Assembly: GCF_009914755.1 (NCBI RefSeq)
Contig: NC_060925.1
Length of the DNA stretch: 64,000 bases
Strand: one strand, 5' to 3'
Source: the human T2T-CHM13v2.0 reference genome, Homo sapiens
The position numbers were made by a program, and so were the translations under genes. Position 1 is the first letter of the stretch; each line of letters opens with the position of its first letter. Under the pieces are notes generated by a model. The model saw only the letters and a program-made list of their open reading frames with translations. It was not told the origin of the DNA and searched no databases. Positions 15,257 through 30,007 of this stretch are shown here, piece after piece.

Positions 15257-17329
15257 CTAGTTAGGAATACAAGATGATGTTTAAGAATGAATTCAGGCAT
15301 AGGGCAGGGATAAAAATCTCTTAAGCCAACTTGTGAACTCCAGCCACATTACCTCAAGGTAACAAGAATGTGCCAGAATGCTCTGGGCACCAAGAAGGTT
15401 TTCCCTTCAAAGTCTAAGTAGAAAGATTCTTAACAACTATGGACTGTATGTGGACACAAACAGACACACAGACTTGATAGACATGGGGCTGCATGAGAGG
15501 GAGATTAAATATGGACTAAAACTGGGCACTGATGCAGATCCTCAAAAGGTTGAACAGGAAAGCAAAAGCAATGGACTATGAACAAAGAATTCCAGCCAAA
15601 TAAACCAACTACAACAAGATGAGAATCTTAAATACATCCAGACACATTGTGAAGCCGAGAACCTTCCAATGAGTCAGGCCTACTCTTGGATTTTTATGGG
15701 ATGTTAAGTAGAAGCACATGGAATAAAAGGAAAAAAAATGGTGTGAGTGCAAGTCAATGGTTCTGACTTAAGAAAAAAACTCTGAAAGGCATGTTATAAA
15801 AAGCAGGGACAACTTTTCTGTTGGTCAGAAAAAAATAAAGGAAGGAACACCTAACCTAGCAGGAAGACACCTGAGAAAGGAGGAAGGGGCAGCCACCACC
15901 CTTGGCAGTATAACTTTGAATGCAGATGCAGGCACCAGAGAAAATGGAAGCCAGGCTGCTGGAGTTCAGCAACTCTGCTTAAAACCCCATGCTGCTCTGG
16001 AACCATTGTCACCAACACTTAGCACAGTGTTAAACGAATAAGTGTGAGAGAATCCATTTCCCAGCATCTCCTGAAGCAAATCAGAGAAATATGAAATACT
16101 GAGAAATGTTAGATTTGGTTACAGTCAAGTAGGTAGGGGGTAGGTGGAAATTACTGATTGTGAAAAATGTGACGTTTTTATATTCACTAATGGATGAAGT
16201 CAGCAAATAGACGAAACACATACACACATACATCAGCAGAACAACATGACAAATGTAAAATACTAAATGTGAACAAGTGTTTCAAAGGAGGGAAGGCTTA
16301 TTGTGGGATGAGATAAGTGGGTAGGGGAAATGTCTTAGGACTTTAAAATATCATCAGTGTATGATGGCTTCCACATTTTTCTTCTTAAATTCCAGACTTT
16401 TATGTTCACTTGGGTGTCTAATGGGTAACTCATATTTATCATGCCTAACAGTAAGCTTTGGTTCTTGCATCCCAACACTGGTCCTCAGACAACCCCATTT
16501 TATGAGTTGCTCAGGACCTAAACTCCATCATCACACACTATTCCCTTTCCAGCCCCACACCAAGCCCAGATGCAGGCAGTAAAGTAAAAAGGTGTGTTCT
16601 TTTTAGACAATTTAAAAACCATTATAAAACTTACTAAAGTGAGTCTGTTTTGTCTTATTTTCATGAGCTAGCAATTCTAAATAATATCACTAATATCCTA
16701 AACAATGTCCTCTGCCAAAATAAAAAAAATTCTCTGGTGAGTCTAAATTCTAAACAATAGCCATAGTTGCTATTGAGTTTTAGTAATATATATGTAAGCT
16801 TTCAATGATCCCATTTTTATTACCAACTCTTTAATAAACATTGTGTTCTACAGGAAAGTTAACTTGCAGAACTACAGTTAAATAGAGGCCATCAGCAACT
16901 GCTGATTCAGCTACAGGCATTCCTCATTCCAATTCCCCATAGGCGACATATGCCTCCACTCTTGTGATACTACAGATTCCAATATGTGAAAAGTTGATTT
17001 GGAATAGATAAAATGATAGCACATGAAGCAATATTAATTACTTCAATTCTGTCATTTTGTATGATCACATGGAATTTTTGTGTTTAAAATTGAAAATAGC
17101 TATATCCTTCACATTAAAATAATGTTTTAATCATTTTTTGTTTTACAGGAATAAATTAAAAAATAATTATTACTGGTTATTGTGTGATTCTTATTCAATC
17201 TTATTGTATAGACCAGAGGATAGCATGTTAAAAAAATCTATTCTGAGTATCTAGTATGCTAGGTATACCACTAATCCATCATTTTTTAAAAACTTCCTCC
17301 TTGCATTTATCCTCACTTAACATATTCTA

Positions 17330-18400
<1,071 letters not shown>

Positions 18401-21222
18401 AATGATTATTTTCCAAGTTTGTTGTGCTTAGGAAAACAAACTTTTCTTCTATCTGTGCTCCTGTAACAATCTAAGGCTTTGAAAAAAAAAAATTTCTTGT
18501 AATCGTAAGTCCTTTAGTATAGTCAGTGGAAAGTCAGACAACATGAAAAAAATCTTTCTTCTATTTTCATGTTTCTTTCATGTGATGAAATATATCTATA
18601 ACAACTTTCCGTTCTTTTTAAAGCACAATTCTCATACTCTGACAGAGGTATGCTTCAGTTTATTACTATAGAGATAATAGACTTAAATTTGTAATACATC
18701 ACACATTCTCAAAATATTTCCTATTGCTATAACTAGTTCACCTAGACCTCATTTCTCTTTATTGTCAATCAACAAGAAAAACAATAGGCCTAATGAAAAC
18801 AATATAAAATTTGAAAGAGGTAAAGCAAAGGGCAGCATTGGCCTCACTATCCTAACAATAACATCATAATCCTTATATATTAATTTATAAGAGAAAAATC
18901 AGAATGTATATATGTACAAACATTCTTGAAAATCTATTAGCACTATTTTGTTTATCTTTGTTATAATATCAAGCCCTTTTAACCCTGTTAAACTCGTGTC
19001 CTAAAAACAGAAGCCACTGTTAGAGGAAAGCAAAACTACTGATTATTTTATAAATTTGTTGCAACATTAAAAATAATTGATGTGTTCAATGCAATGGAGA
19101 TTAAATCCTAGATATTTTTCACTGACTCCAGTGATTTCTTAAAAAGTGGTTGTGATACTAATTCACCAGAGATAAAAGAATCTGTTTGGATGCAAAGGAG
19201 AAGGAAAGATAAAACTTGACATTACCTCTTTAAGCAATTGATTTCAAATACAAAGCTAATTTAATCTTTTTTAGCCACTTTCAAGATACAAGAGAATGAG
19301 AGGCAGCCGTAAGTAGAAAATAAAGTAACAGGAAAGTTTTGTGGCTATAATTCCGGCTAAATTCCAGCATCAGTTTTTATAATCCTGTAACAGTGACACA
19401 GAATGCCTGTACCATGGGACAGTACAAAGGAGATTGATTAAATATTTCATATTGTCTCTACATACTGAAAAGATTCAAAGGCAAAAGAAAGAATTTAACA
19501 ACTTTAAAAGAAAAACCACCATGTTTGGTCTGGATCCAGAGAACTCTGTCTCACTAAAAAAATGTTCAGCAAATAAATTTAAAAAAAACAAGTTTAGTAC
19601 TAATTTATATGAATTACAAATGCCTATCCTGCATTTGAGTTAAAAAAGAGATAGGCTAACAACAGTAATCTACCAAAATTGGCAATACATAGTAAGTTAC
19701 AAATAGGGTTGGTTCCATTTTAGGCCTTTTGTGAAAATGCAATCAAGTGGCAAACAGATTTTTCCTAGTTTACCAGGGTACACAATTAAGTTCATATTTT
19801 AAAAATTGACTCAGATATTCACTGATGTGTATAACTGAAAACAACATACAATGCTTATACATATATTGTTAATAGATTATGTTTTTTCTAATTAATAAAG
19901 CTGTGGTAAATACCATTAAAATGATATTCTAAATCTTTCCAGAGAAATAATATATAGGACATTTTACTTTCCAGAAAAATAAATTCATAAAATACATGTA
20001 ATCTCTTGGAATTCATAGTAGTGGAACATCAGTACAGAAGAATAATTATTTCTTAACAATCAGGTTATTTATGTTTCATGCCCACACTAAAGGGTCTTCC
20101 TAAAATGTGATATTTTTGCTTGATGATTCAGTCAAATAAGATTATATTAATGATAGCTTATACATCAATATTTATGTTAATAAATATATCAACATATTTA
20201 TATCAATGATACAAATAATTGATAATTGATAATTTTATATTATCTTGGGCTTAGCATATTGTTGTTTGAGTAATATTGAAATTTATACATTTATTAACAT
20301 ATATTCACTGGTGCCAAAAAACATAAGAAACTTCACAAATTTTAGTAACAAATTTGATTAAATTTATCCTCTGTGATTATTGGGTATGATTAATTTATTT
20401 GTTACACATAGGGCAGTAGCCACAACAAATTTAAATGTTAAGCATAGAAACAGATATTCCAAATGGATACATTTTGTAATCCATGATTTTTTTGATAATA
20501 TACATAGAGAAAATAAAAATCAATTGAGTAATATTATTCAGTTACCATCCAAATTCTTTATTTTGTATAAAATGTTTTAAGCAATATCTATTCCCTAATT
20601 GTAATAAATTTTATTTCTTTATGATAATGAAATATGTGTCCCGTATAGAGTTCTGTTTATTTTCAATATATATTCCCATTTCCATGTATAAATTTTCATG
20701 GGAATAATATGATCATGTGATTTTAAAAATGTATATTTAAATACATTTCTAGTACATGCTGACAAAATTTTAATCAAAAGTAAGACTTAAGAAATTTTAA
20801 ACTGAAAATATGTAAGACAACATATCTATGTAGACAACACAATGAATAGTCCAATATTCCATGGATCTAGGTTTTCCACATCACTAATATCCAGGATTTT
20901 CAGTTATATCTCCATTAAAAGAAATATTCACAGGGCTAAAATCATTTTTCATATGATTGGTTCTTATAATCAAAAAATAATTTGCAGAGATTTCTCTTAA
21001 ATTCACAGAACTAGAGAGAAAATTTTTTAAATAAATATTGCTTCAAGCCAACTGCAAATTTTAAAGTGAATAATGTAATCAAAACTTGAACATTTGGAAA
21101 AAGAACATTTAAAATACCATCTGTGAGCCTGAAGTTCCTATATGATTATGAACCAACAATATTCATAATTGTTTTGCTCCATCATTTCTGACACTATAAA
21201 CATGAAATAAATGTAGGCATTA

Positions 21223-21420
<198 letters not shown>

Positions 21421-21949
21421 CTACGGGGAAATCAATTGTCATGGTTAAAATTTTGAAACTAGCTTACATCCTCAAACATATTTTTAATGTTTCAAACGAA
21501 TTCTTGTTTTAAATAGCAATGAGCAGTACATTTTCAGTATTAATATGGTATACTTACAACTTTTATTGTGTCAAGTAGATGAGGAGTTATGGCTAACTTT
21601 CAGTCTTTCCTTTCTAGAGTCATGCCTCCTCTAGGAAACACTCATGGGGCACATTCCCTACTCCCACCTAGAGGGTACATTAAGTGCCTCTCCTCTAAGC
21701 TCCTACAGCATAATCTGTATGTCTCTAACATAACCATCTGTGGTATGTGTTATGATGTCAGTCAGTAGAATGAATGTTAGTTCCCTGAATCAGAAAACAT
21801 GTCACATGTAAACACATTACCCTTGCATTATAGGAGTTAGCATTGCGATGGCACACGGTAGACATTTAATAAATAATTTCTTGAATTCTGCTTTTGATTA
21901 TGACAGATTAACTTTGGGAGAATAATGATTTAAAAAAATAGTTGAAACA

Positions 21950-23260
21950 TTCAAGAACTACTGACGCAGGCATCTTGGAAGGGCTAACATCTCAGAGGAA
22001 AGTAAGAACAAAGTTAAGTGACCAGAAGTCACTTTTCCCCTGAGGGATTTGCGACTTCTTACCAAAGGGAGGAAGGCTAAGCATCTTGAAGAGAACCACA
22101 GCTCAGAAAAGAGATGTTGGCAGTCTTTTGAAACCAGAGAGACACAGAGTTTTGGAAATGTAGGAGGCCATTAACCTAGAGCAAAATAAAGTACAGAAGA
22201 GTGAGATTAATTCTTAAAGTGCATATGACAAAAACCTAAAGATCTAAACAGAAAACCCTATGGTCCAGGAAAAACAAAAACTGGAGTGACTAAATAAGAA
22301 AGAGCCCTAGTACACACCTCAGTGTACGGCTGAAGCTTCTGGAGGGCTACACTCTACAAGTAGGGCAAATGAGGGGTAAATAGCCAACCTAGCCTTGAGT
22401 CAACTCAGCCCTGGATTTAAATGACAGTGATCAGTCCTCACTGTTATCTATGTACCAAACGATAGAATGCACTTTCTGTGAATAATAAGTCAACCACAGT
22501 TTCTACAAATTTTTTATAAAATGCCTGGGTTTTTATTTTTAAAAGTCCAAGCCTGCAAGAAAAATAAACCTAAAAAAATTGAAAGAGATACATACATAAT
22601 CTCGTAAGTGTGGTTATCAAAAATAAATTTTAGAATAACTATGATTGATATGTTCAAAAATATGTAAGAAGAATGTAAACTTCATTAAAAGCTGGAATTT
22701 GTTAAAAATAAAAAATTAAATTTACTAAGTACATTTAGTAAAACATATTTAGCAAAAAAAATAACTAGCTAATGTGGAAGGAGGGAGTGGGATTTTAAAA
22801 ACACATTATTAAAATGTATTAATTAAAATTATTATAAATAGGTGGTAGAGGGTAGGAAACAAAGAAACAAATGGTAAGATGGTAAATATAAATGTCAACA
22901 TGAGAAATTATATTAAATGTAAATGGACTAAAATTCCAATTAAAAGACAAAAGTTATGGAAGATAAATGCCTTAAATATAAGAGCACAGATAGATAAGTG
23001 TAAAGTTAAAGACTAGAAAAAGTTATACAAAGCAAACACTAACCAAAAGAAAGCTGGTACATATATATATTATATATATATATGAAATATATATATACCA
23101 ATATTAGAAATATTACACTTTAAGGCAAGATGCATTACTAAACTTAAAGAACATTTCATAGCAAGGAAATGGTCAATCTTTCAACAAGATTTTAAAATAC
23201 AATTTTAAATATATAAAGCAAAATTGATAGAACTAAAAGTAAAATAAATAAATCACTATA
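21950..23260 (+). mobile_element. Old L1M fragments (5' region, ORF1 and ORF2 start)
   Basis: taaatgtaaatggactaaaattccaattaaaagacaaa and caaacactaaccaaaagaaagctgg are typical of the ORF2 start. The 5' part is less certain. Confidence 0.65.
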
Positions 23261-24016
23261 ATCTCATTATTCTACTCTCATGAAAACTTGACTACCAATA
23301 GAAGTGGCCAATGAATAAATCCATATTATAGGTAAGTTATTTATGCTATCCAATGGATTGGCTCACACAGTTGCTTGCATTTAATAGGTCAAAGCAGTAA
23401 CTTTCTCTCCTGGAAACCCAGACAGAGATCAATAGATATAAATGTAAGTTTTCTTAAGAATGAGGAATAAAGGTGACAGGACTTTACATTTTCTTAACCT
23501 CATCCCACATATACCACAAACTATTGTAAATAAAGTCAAAACACATAAGGAACATCCAAACAATCTTATTTTAAAAAATTGAAGAGGGTATTATCAACAA
23601 GTATTATAGGGTCAATTTCTAAGCATGAGATGAAAGGTCCTCATAAATGGTCTCATAATATTTTGTCATTTTCATTCTAATACTTTGTCACTTTTACTGG
23701 TTTACTTATCTGTTTCCTCTCTTAGACCATAAAATATTTAAGGGAAGACAACATCTTTGAATTCACCTTTTAATATTCAGTGTTTTTATACATAAGGGGG
23801 AATATATGTTAACTAATGAGTTTAAATTGGTAATAAAATAATTTCTTATTCCCAGCTACAATTTGTATAATTTACAAATTATTAATATGTGTTCCTGCTC
23901 TTCCCTGTGCTATCCAAACAGTACAGATTTTCTTAAATATTGTTTTTGAATCAACATATACTGTTATCTTTTATTCCTTTCTAAGCAATGTGAACAAGGA
24001 ACTAAATTCTGGTAGT

Positions 24017-24185
24017 TTTATATGATCATTAATTAAAATGTAGTTAAAATATATTTTATATTTCCCCAAAGAAAGGTTTCACATACTTTTCATAAATATA
24101 TATTTTATTAGATCATTAATTAAAATATAGTTAAAATATATTTTTTATATTTCCCCAAAGAAAGATTTCACATACTTTTCATAAA
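24017..24185. repeat. Two-copy tandem duplication, period ~87 bp
   Basis: gatcattaattaaaat[g/a]tagttaaaatatatttt..atatttccccaaagaaag[g/a]tttcacatacttttcataaa starting at 24024 and 24111. Confidence 0.95.
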
Positions 24186-25169
24186 GAGATACTTAAAACA
24201 TATGTTTAACGTGATCAAGGATCTCTGATCAGGGAACAGAGATATAGCTAATTTTATTTAGGGATTAAATAAATGCTAATTTCTTTCATATTTAGTTGAA
24301 TAATTTTAGCTTTGTGAACTAATAATTAAATATTTAACTTTCCCATGTTAAAATCTGCTAACATTTACAAATAACATTGTGTTTTAACAAATCTTAAATG
24401 AAGACATTTATGATGTATTTAAAAGTATCATTTATTGCTGACATCTTTTACAATGGAAGCAGATTTAAATGTACTAAGGCTACAGCATTCATTATAATAT
24501 GAAGTTACAGTGTCATAACCAAATGGAATATAATTTGTGCTCAGCATTCACTCATAAGCAAGAAATAGGTTAGTTCTGAAACGCCTAGCATATCTGAACA
24601 AATTCTAGCTAATGGCATGCAAATAATAAAGTAGCAATTACCAAATAATACACAATATGTATGTATTTTCACCTAAAATATTTTAATATTTTTGAATAAA
24701 AATTTAAGCCTTCTTTTAAAAAAATTATGAGATGCAAACATTGAATTATTTTAAAAAATGTTTACAGAATCCCTATTAAGTACCCAACACAGAGTTAAAG
24801 ACTCTTAAAAAGTGTTTGAAGAAATGAAAGCAAGCACACTCCTCAGTACACATAGCATATGTGCACATACTAGAATGTAAATTGTTAGCCCGATTTGCTC
24901 AACCCCGTGCACTGCAGCTTAAGAGTTGTTCAATACATACTCATTACATTGCTTGGCTCAATACACTAATCTATCAATTGGTATCCCTTTGCCTGCTCTG
25001 TTCTGGAATTTTTTCTTTACAACTTTTTATTGCACTAGGTTTTCCCCGAGTTTAACAGGAGTTTGGATTAACCTTGATGCAATTTTTAAGGAAGTAAATA
25101 ATTGAACCACATTTTTGTGAATTTCAGCACAACAGATGGTATATTTTTAGAAGTATGGCATTGAAACGA

Positions 25170-25370
25170 GACTCTTGGGGTTGAGTCTTGACTTCCATCA
25201 TTCTCATGATGTATAGAATTGAACAAGTCCTTTAACATTTCTATGCCTCAGTCTCCTTAATAAGGTGGGATTAATAAAATATATTTCATAGAGATGCTTT
25301 GAGGATTTAATGAGCTAATTATATGTGGAAAGTGCTTTAGGAAACTGCCTGCCCATATAGCAAATGTTAT
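25170..25370 (+). mobile_element. MIR SINE
   Basis: aacaagtcctttaacatttctatgcctcagtctcct...gaggatttaatgagctaat..aaagtgcttt. Confidence 0.75.
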
Positions 25371-25427
25371 CTACTTCTCATTTCACCTAGTGTTCAAATT
25401 CCATGAGACAGAATGTATCTAAACTCA

Positions 25428-25580
25428 TAGTGTCCAAGACGGAATCCACTAGCCACATTTGATTAAGTTCAAATTAAAATTAAAATTAAATAAAATTAAA
25501 AATGCAAAGACCTCAGTAGCACTAATTATATTTCAAGTGCTCAATAACTACATGTGGCTAGTGGATAATACATCGAACAC
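25428..25580. mobile_element. MER3/MER33-like hAT DNA transposon
   Basis: ccactagccacatttg...tttcaagtgctcaataactacatgtggctagtgg, with internal inverted symmetry. Confidence 0.75.
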
Positions 25581-26824
25581 ATCCATCACTGCAAAAATTA
25601 AAATTTCAAACATATAATGCAATAGATATAAATAATCTCATGAGCATAGTTAATGGGAAATAAATAATTTAGAGGCAGTGAGTTTGTAGTATTTGTTATA
25701 GTTATTTTTAATATGATTTTTATGACTACATGTTCATATACTTTAATTTTTCAAAATTACTGTGTTTCACAACCTGTTTACAAAATTCCTAAAAATTTAA
25801 TCAGCACTAGAGCTGGTCCTGGCTGGCTTCAGCACACTATTGCACCTCGGCAATACATGAGGGCTCATTCAATGTTTTTTTAGCCACTAATATTCTTCTA
25901 CCATCAACCCTAAATTCTGAAATACATAAGTTACACTTTCCAACTTAATAGAGATCTGAAGGCATAAGTGGCCCTCTATCCCTTTAAAACATCAGCAACT
26001 AACTCTTTTTTAACTGAAATACAAGTAATGGATTATTTCATATATACACAATATACTTCCATGAATGTAGCCTGATTATGACAAAATGAGGGCAAATGGA
26101 TAAAAAGCCAAATAAATAGCTCCAAAAATATTTTGTGGGTGAATGGGGGGTAGTGATTTGTATTTAAGTATATTATGAAACTATGAAAATTGAAATCAAT
26201 TATAAATCTAGAGTTGGCATTATATGAAAAATGTAAATTAAAATAACTAATATTGTAACACTTTAAACTGCCAATGAATAGATTGTGTAAGTTAAAAAAA
26301 AGAGGGTTAACTTAATTTTGTTAAATTTAAAAATAAAAGTTTACAAAAGTTAGTTAAAACAAATTACAAAATTTAAAATGTCCATAAATACGAAGAATAT
26401 TTTTCAAAAATAATATTTTTCATTCCTTTTATTAAACTACATCAGTCTTCAGAGAAGTGCAACATAAAATTACAAACAAATTATACATAAAAGATATTAT
26501 TAGGTCCAGTTACTTACAGTATCAAATTCCTAAGAGATTTTTTCTTAGAATATAGTTCCCTATTGTTTCATAATGTAACAAAAATATTATAAAATAATTT
26601 GGCTCTTTCGGTGAGAAAGACCCCTCTTTTTTTCGTTAAAGCAAATGTCAGTTGTCCATCAACTGACTAATATTCTATGATTTAATTTTTAAGTTGAAGG
26701 GTCAACTGCCGAAACAATGTAATAAATGAAATAAACTTGTTAATATCAGAAGAGAGTGACTGAAGTATTTAAAGATGAATGAAAAGTATACTTAATATGT
26801 ATTTCCCCACAATAATAAGGTGGC

Positions 26825-27004
26825 CAATATTTATTGAAATATATCCTATGTGCCAGGCTTTATGTTAAATCTCTATCATTTAGTCTTCAACCCTCCTTTA
26901 TGGAGGTACAATTATCAGATCCATTTCCTAGGTAAGAAACCTGTGGTCAGGTTCACATACAAAAGATTTTATCTTAAGGCTACTTGACTCCAAAGCCTGA
27001 ACTC
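26825..27004 (-). mobile_element. MIR SINE interrupted by L1
   Basis: tatgtgccaggc...ccatttcctaggtaagaaacctg...tgactccaaagcctgaactc. Confidence 0.7.
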
Positions 27005-27872
27005 TTTTTTTTTTTAAATTATACTTTAAGTTTTAAGGTACATGTGCACAACGTGCAGGTTTGTTACATATGTATACATGTGCCATGTTGGTGTGCTGCA
27101 CCCATTAACTCGTCATCTAGCATTAGGTATATCTCCTAATGCTATCCCTCCCCGCTCCCCCCAACCAACAACAGTCCCCGGTGTGTGGTGTTCCCCTTCC
27201 TGTGTCCATGTGTTCTCATTGTTCAATTCCCACCTATGAGTGAGAACATGCAGTGTTTGGTTTTTTTGTCCTTGCGATAGTTTGCTGAAAATGATGGTTT
27301 TCAGCTTCATCCATGTCCCTACAAAGGACATGAACTCATCATTTTTTATGGCTGCATAGTATTCCATGGTGTATATGTGCCACATTTTCTTAATCCAGTC
27401 TATCATTGTTGGACATTTGGGTTGGTTCCAAGTCTTTGCTATTGTGAATAGTGCCGCAATAAACATACGTGTGCATGTGTCTTTATAGCAGCATGATTTA
27501 TAATCCTTTGGGTATATACCCAGTAATGGGATGGCTGGGTCAAATGGTATTTCCAGTTCTAGATCCCTGAGGAATCGCCACACCGACTTCCACAATGGTT
27601 GAACTAGTTTACAGTCCCACCAACAGTGTAAAAGTGTTCCTATTTGTCCACATCTTCTCCAGCACCTGTTGTTTCCTGACTTTTTAATGATCGCCATTCT
27701 AACTGGTGTGAGATGGTATCTCATTGTGGTTTTGATTTGCATTTCTCTGATGGCCAGTGATGATGAGCATTTTTTCATGTGTTTTTTGGCCGCATAAATG
27801 TCTTCTTTTGAGAAGTGTCTGTTCATATCCTTCGCCCACTTTTTGATGGGTTTTTTTTCTTGTAAATTTGTT
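27005..27872 (-). mobile_element. 5'-truncated young L1PA (PA3/PA4-like) 3' end
   Basis: Track ORF 27113..27826 is the ORF2 C-terminus ([24 protein letters not shown]...). 3' UTR and poly(T) on +. Confidence 0.96.
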
Positions 27873-28903
27873 TTTTAACGATTACATTTTCACAGTAATC
27901 GCTAAAAAATTCACTATATTTCTCTAATTTTTCAATAAGAAATGTATAACTGAAAAAATTATATGAATTTGTCATTCCTAACCCACTTAGAATATGTTAT
28001 ATTTTAATATATTAAATTCATACATTCTGATAAAATAGATTTTGATATATTCTAGCCACTCTACTAACAAAAATAGCTGGTTATTATAATTAATAAATTA
28101 ACTTTACAAACCAAGAATTGTTCATGAAGCATTTAAAAAACACTGAACTACATCATCTGGTTTCCCACCATGCTATCCTGCCACCCGAGAACTAAGGTAG
28201 TTGGTGCATTAAGAGAACTGCCTCCCTATTATCAACATCCTCTCCATAGTGGTACATTTGAGTACATTTATTACAACTGGTGCACCTTCAATGGGTTTGC
28301 ACAAATTTATTATGAAAATAGCATCATAGGACTACAGCATCATACACAATAGTTTCTTTCACTGTCCTAAAAATCTTCTTAATCTCCATATGCATCCCTC
28401 TCTCACCTTCTCCCCAGCAATCACTGGTCTTTTTAGTGCCTCCATAGTTTTGCCTTTTCTAGAATGCCATACAGTTGAAATCATACAATATACAGCCTTT
28501 TCAGATTGGCTTCTTTCATTTAGTAACATATATTTAAGTTTTCTCTGTGTCTCTCCATGGCTTGATAGCTCCTCTCTTTTTAATCCTGAATAATATTGCA
28601 ATATCTGTATGTACCATAGTTTATTTATGCATCCACTTACTGAAGGATATCTCAAAAATTTTGGTGATTATGAATAAAGCTGCTATAAATATCCATGTGC
28701 AGGTTTGCATGTTAACGTAAGTTTTCAACTCTTTGGGGTAAATTGCCAGATCATATGATAAGAGTATGTTTAATTTTGCAAGATACTGTCAAACTGTCTT
28801 CCAAATTGGCTGTACCATTTTGCATTTCCACCAGGGAAGAATAAAGTTCCTATTTCTCCTAATCCTGTCAGCATTTGGTGATATCAGTGTTCTGCATTTT
28901 GGC

Positions 28904-29573
28904 TGTTTGGTCTCCTCTGAATGTTTGTGTCTACGCCCCCATTTCATTCAATTCGTATGTTGAAAACTAACCACAAATGTTAGAAAGGTGGGGTTTTTAA
29001 AAAGTCATTAGGTCATGACTTAGGAGGTGATTAGGTCATGAGGAGCCCTCCTCAATTAGATTAGTTCCCTTAAAAACAACCCCAGGAGAAATACCTTGCC
29101 CCTGTCACATGTAAGACAGGCACAGTAAAAAGCCTTTACCTATGACCAGAAAGCAGCTTATGAGCATATATTTTTTTTATTATACTTTAAGTTTTAGGGT
29201 ACATGTGCACATTGTGCAGGTCAGTTACATACGTATACATGTGCCGTGCTGGTGCGCTGCACCCACTAACTCGTCATCTAGCATTAGGTATATCTCCCAG
29301 TGCTATCCCTCCCCCCTCCCCCCACCCCACAACAGTCCCCAGAGTGTGATATTCCCCTTCCTGTGTCCATGTGATCTCATTGTTCAATTCCCACCTATGA
29401 GTGAGAATATGCGGTGTTTGGTTTTTTGTTCTTGCGATAGTTTACTGAGAATGATGATTTCCAATTTCATCCATGGGAATTCCCAGCATCCAGAACCAAG
29501 AGAAATAATTTTTGTTGTTTATAAGCCATCCAGTTTATGGTATTTTGTTGTAGCAAACTGAGCAGACTAAGCA
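28904..29573 (+). mobile_element. MaLR LTR (MLT1A-like) split by L1PA2
   Basis: tgaatgtttgtgtc..aattcgtatgttgaaa..ggaggtgattaggtcatgag; 3' part ttgtttataagccatccagtttatggtattttgttgtagc..gactaagca. Confidence 0.85.
29171..29475 (-). mobile_element. L1PA2-like 3' end, ~305 bp, 5'-truncated
   Basis: cacattgtgcagg and ggtgcgctgcacccactaactcgtcat. Has GAG rather than the Ta ACA or pre-Ta ACG diagnostic. Confidence 0.9.
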
Positions 29574-29875
29574 TTCTAATAGTATAGTGGTATCCCGTTG
29601 TTGTTTCATGTTGCATTTCCCTGATGATACATATGAGGCATCTATTCAGATGCTTATTTTCCATCTGTATATCTTTCTTGGTGAGATATCTGCTAAGGTC
29701 TTTGTATCATTTTTTAAATGGGTTGTTTTCATATTGTTGGGTTGTAAGAGACTTTTGGACATTTTGCATAACAGTTCTTTATGAAGTATGTCTTTTGCAA
29801 ATATTTTCTCCCAGCCTGTGGCTTGTCTTTTCATTTTCTTTCAAGACAGTTTCCTGCAGAGTAGAAGTTTTAATT

Positions 29876-30007
29876 TTGTTTCTGTGTTTGTTTTGAGATG
29901 AGAGTCTCACTATGCTCCCCAGGCTGGTCTCAAACTCCTGCATTCAAGCAAACCTCCCTCAGCCTTCTGAGTAGCCAGGACTACAGGTACATGCCACCAC
30001 ACCCAGC
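29876..30007 (-). mobile_element. Free left Alu monomer (FLAM-like)
   Basis: gagatgagagtctcactatgctccccaggctggtctcaaactcctg...ccacacccagc. Confidence 0.85.

Noticed and set aside
23056-23100. Imperfect AT palindrome (tggta..(AT)n..tacca)
   Set aside because: Short interrupted (AT)n within an old L1; self-complementarity is trivial.
27113-27826. Longest ORF in the window (237 aa)
   Set aside because: C-terminus of L1 ORF2 in a 5'-truncated element that frameshifts into the 3' UTR; not a gene.
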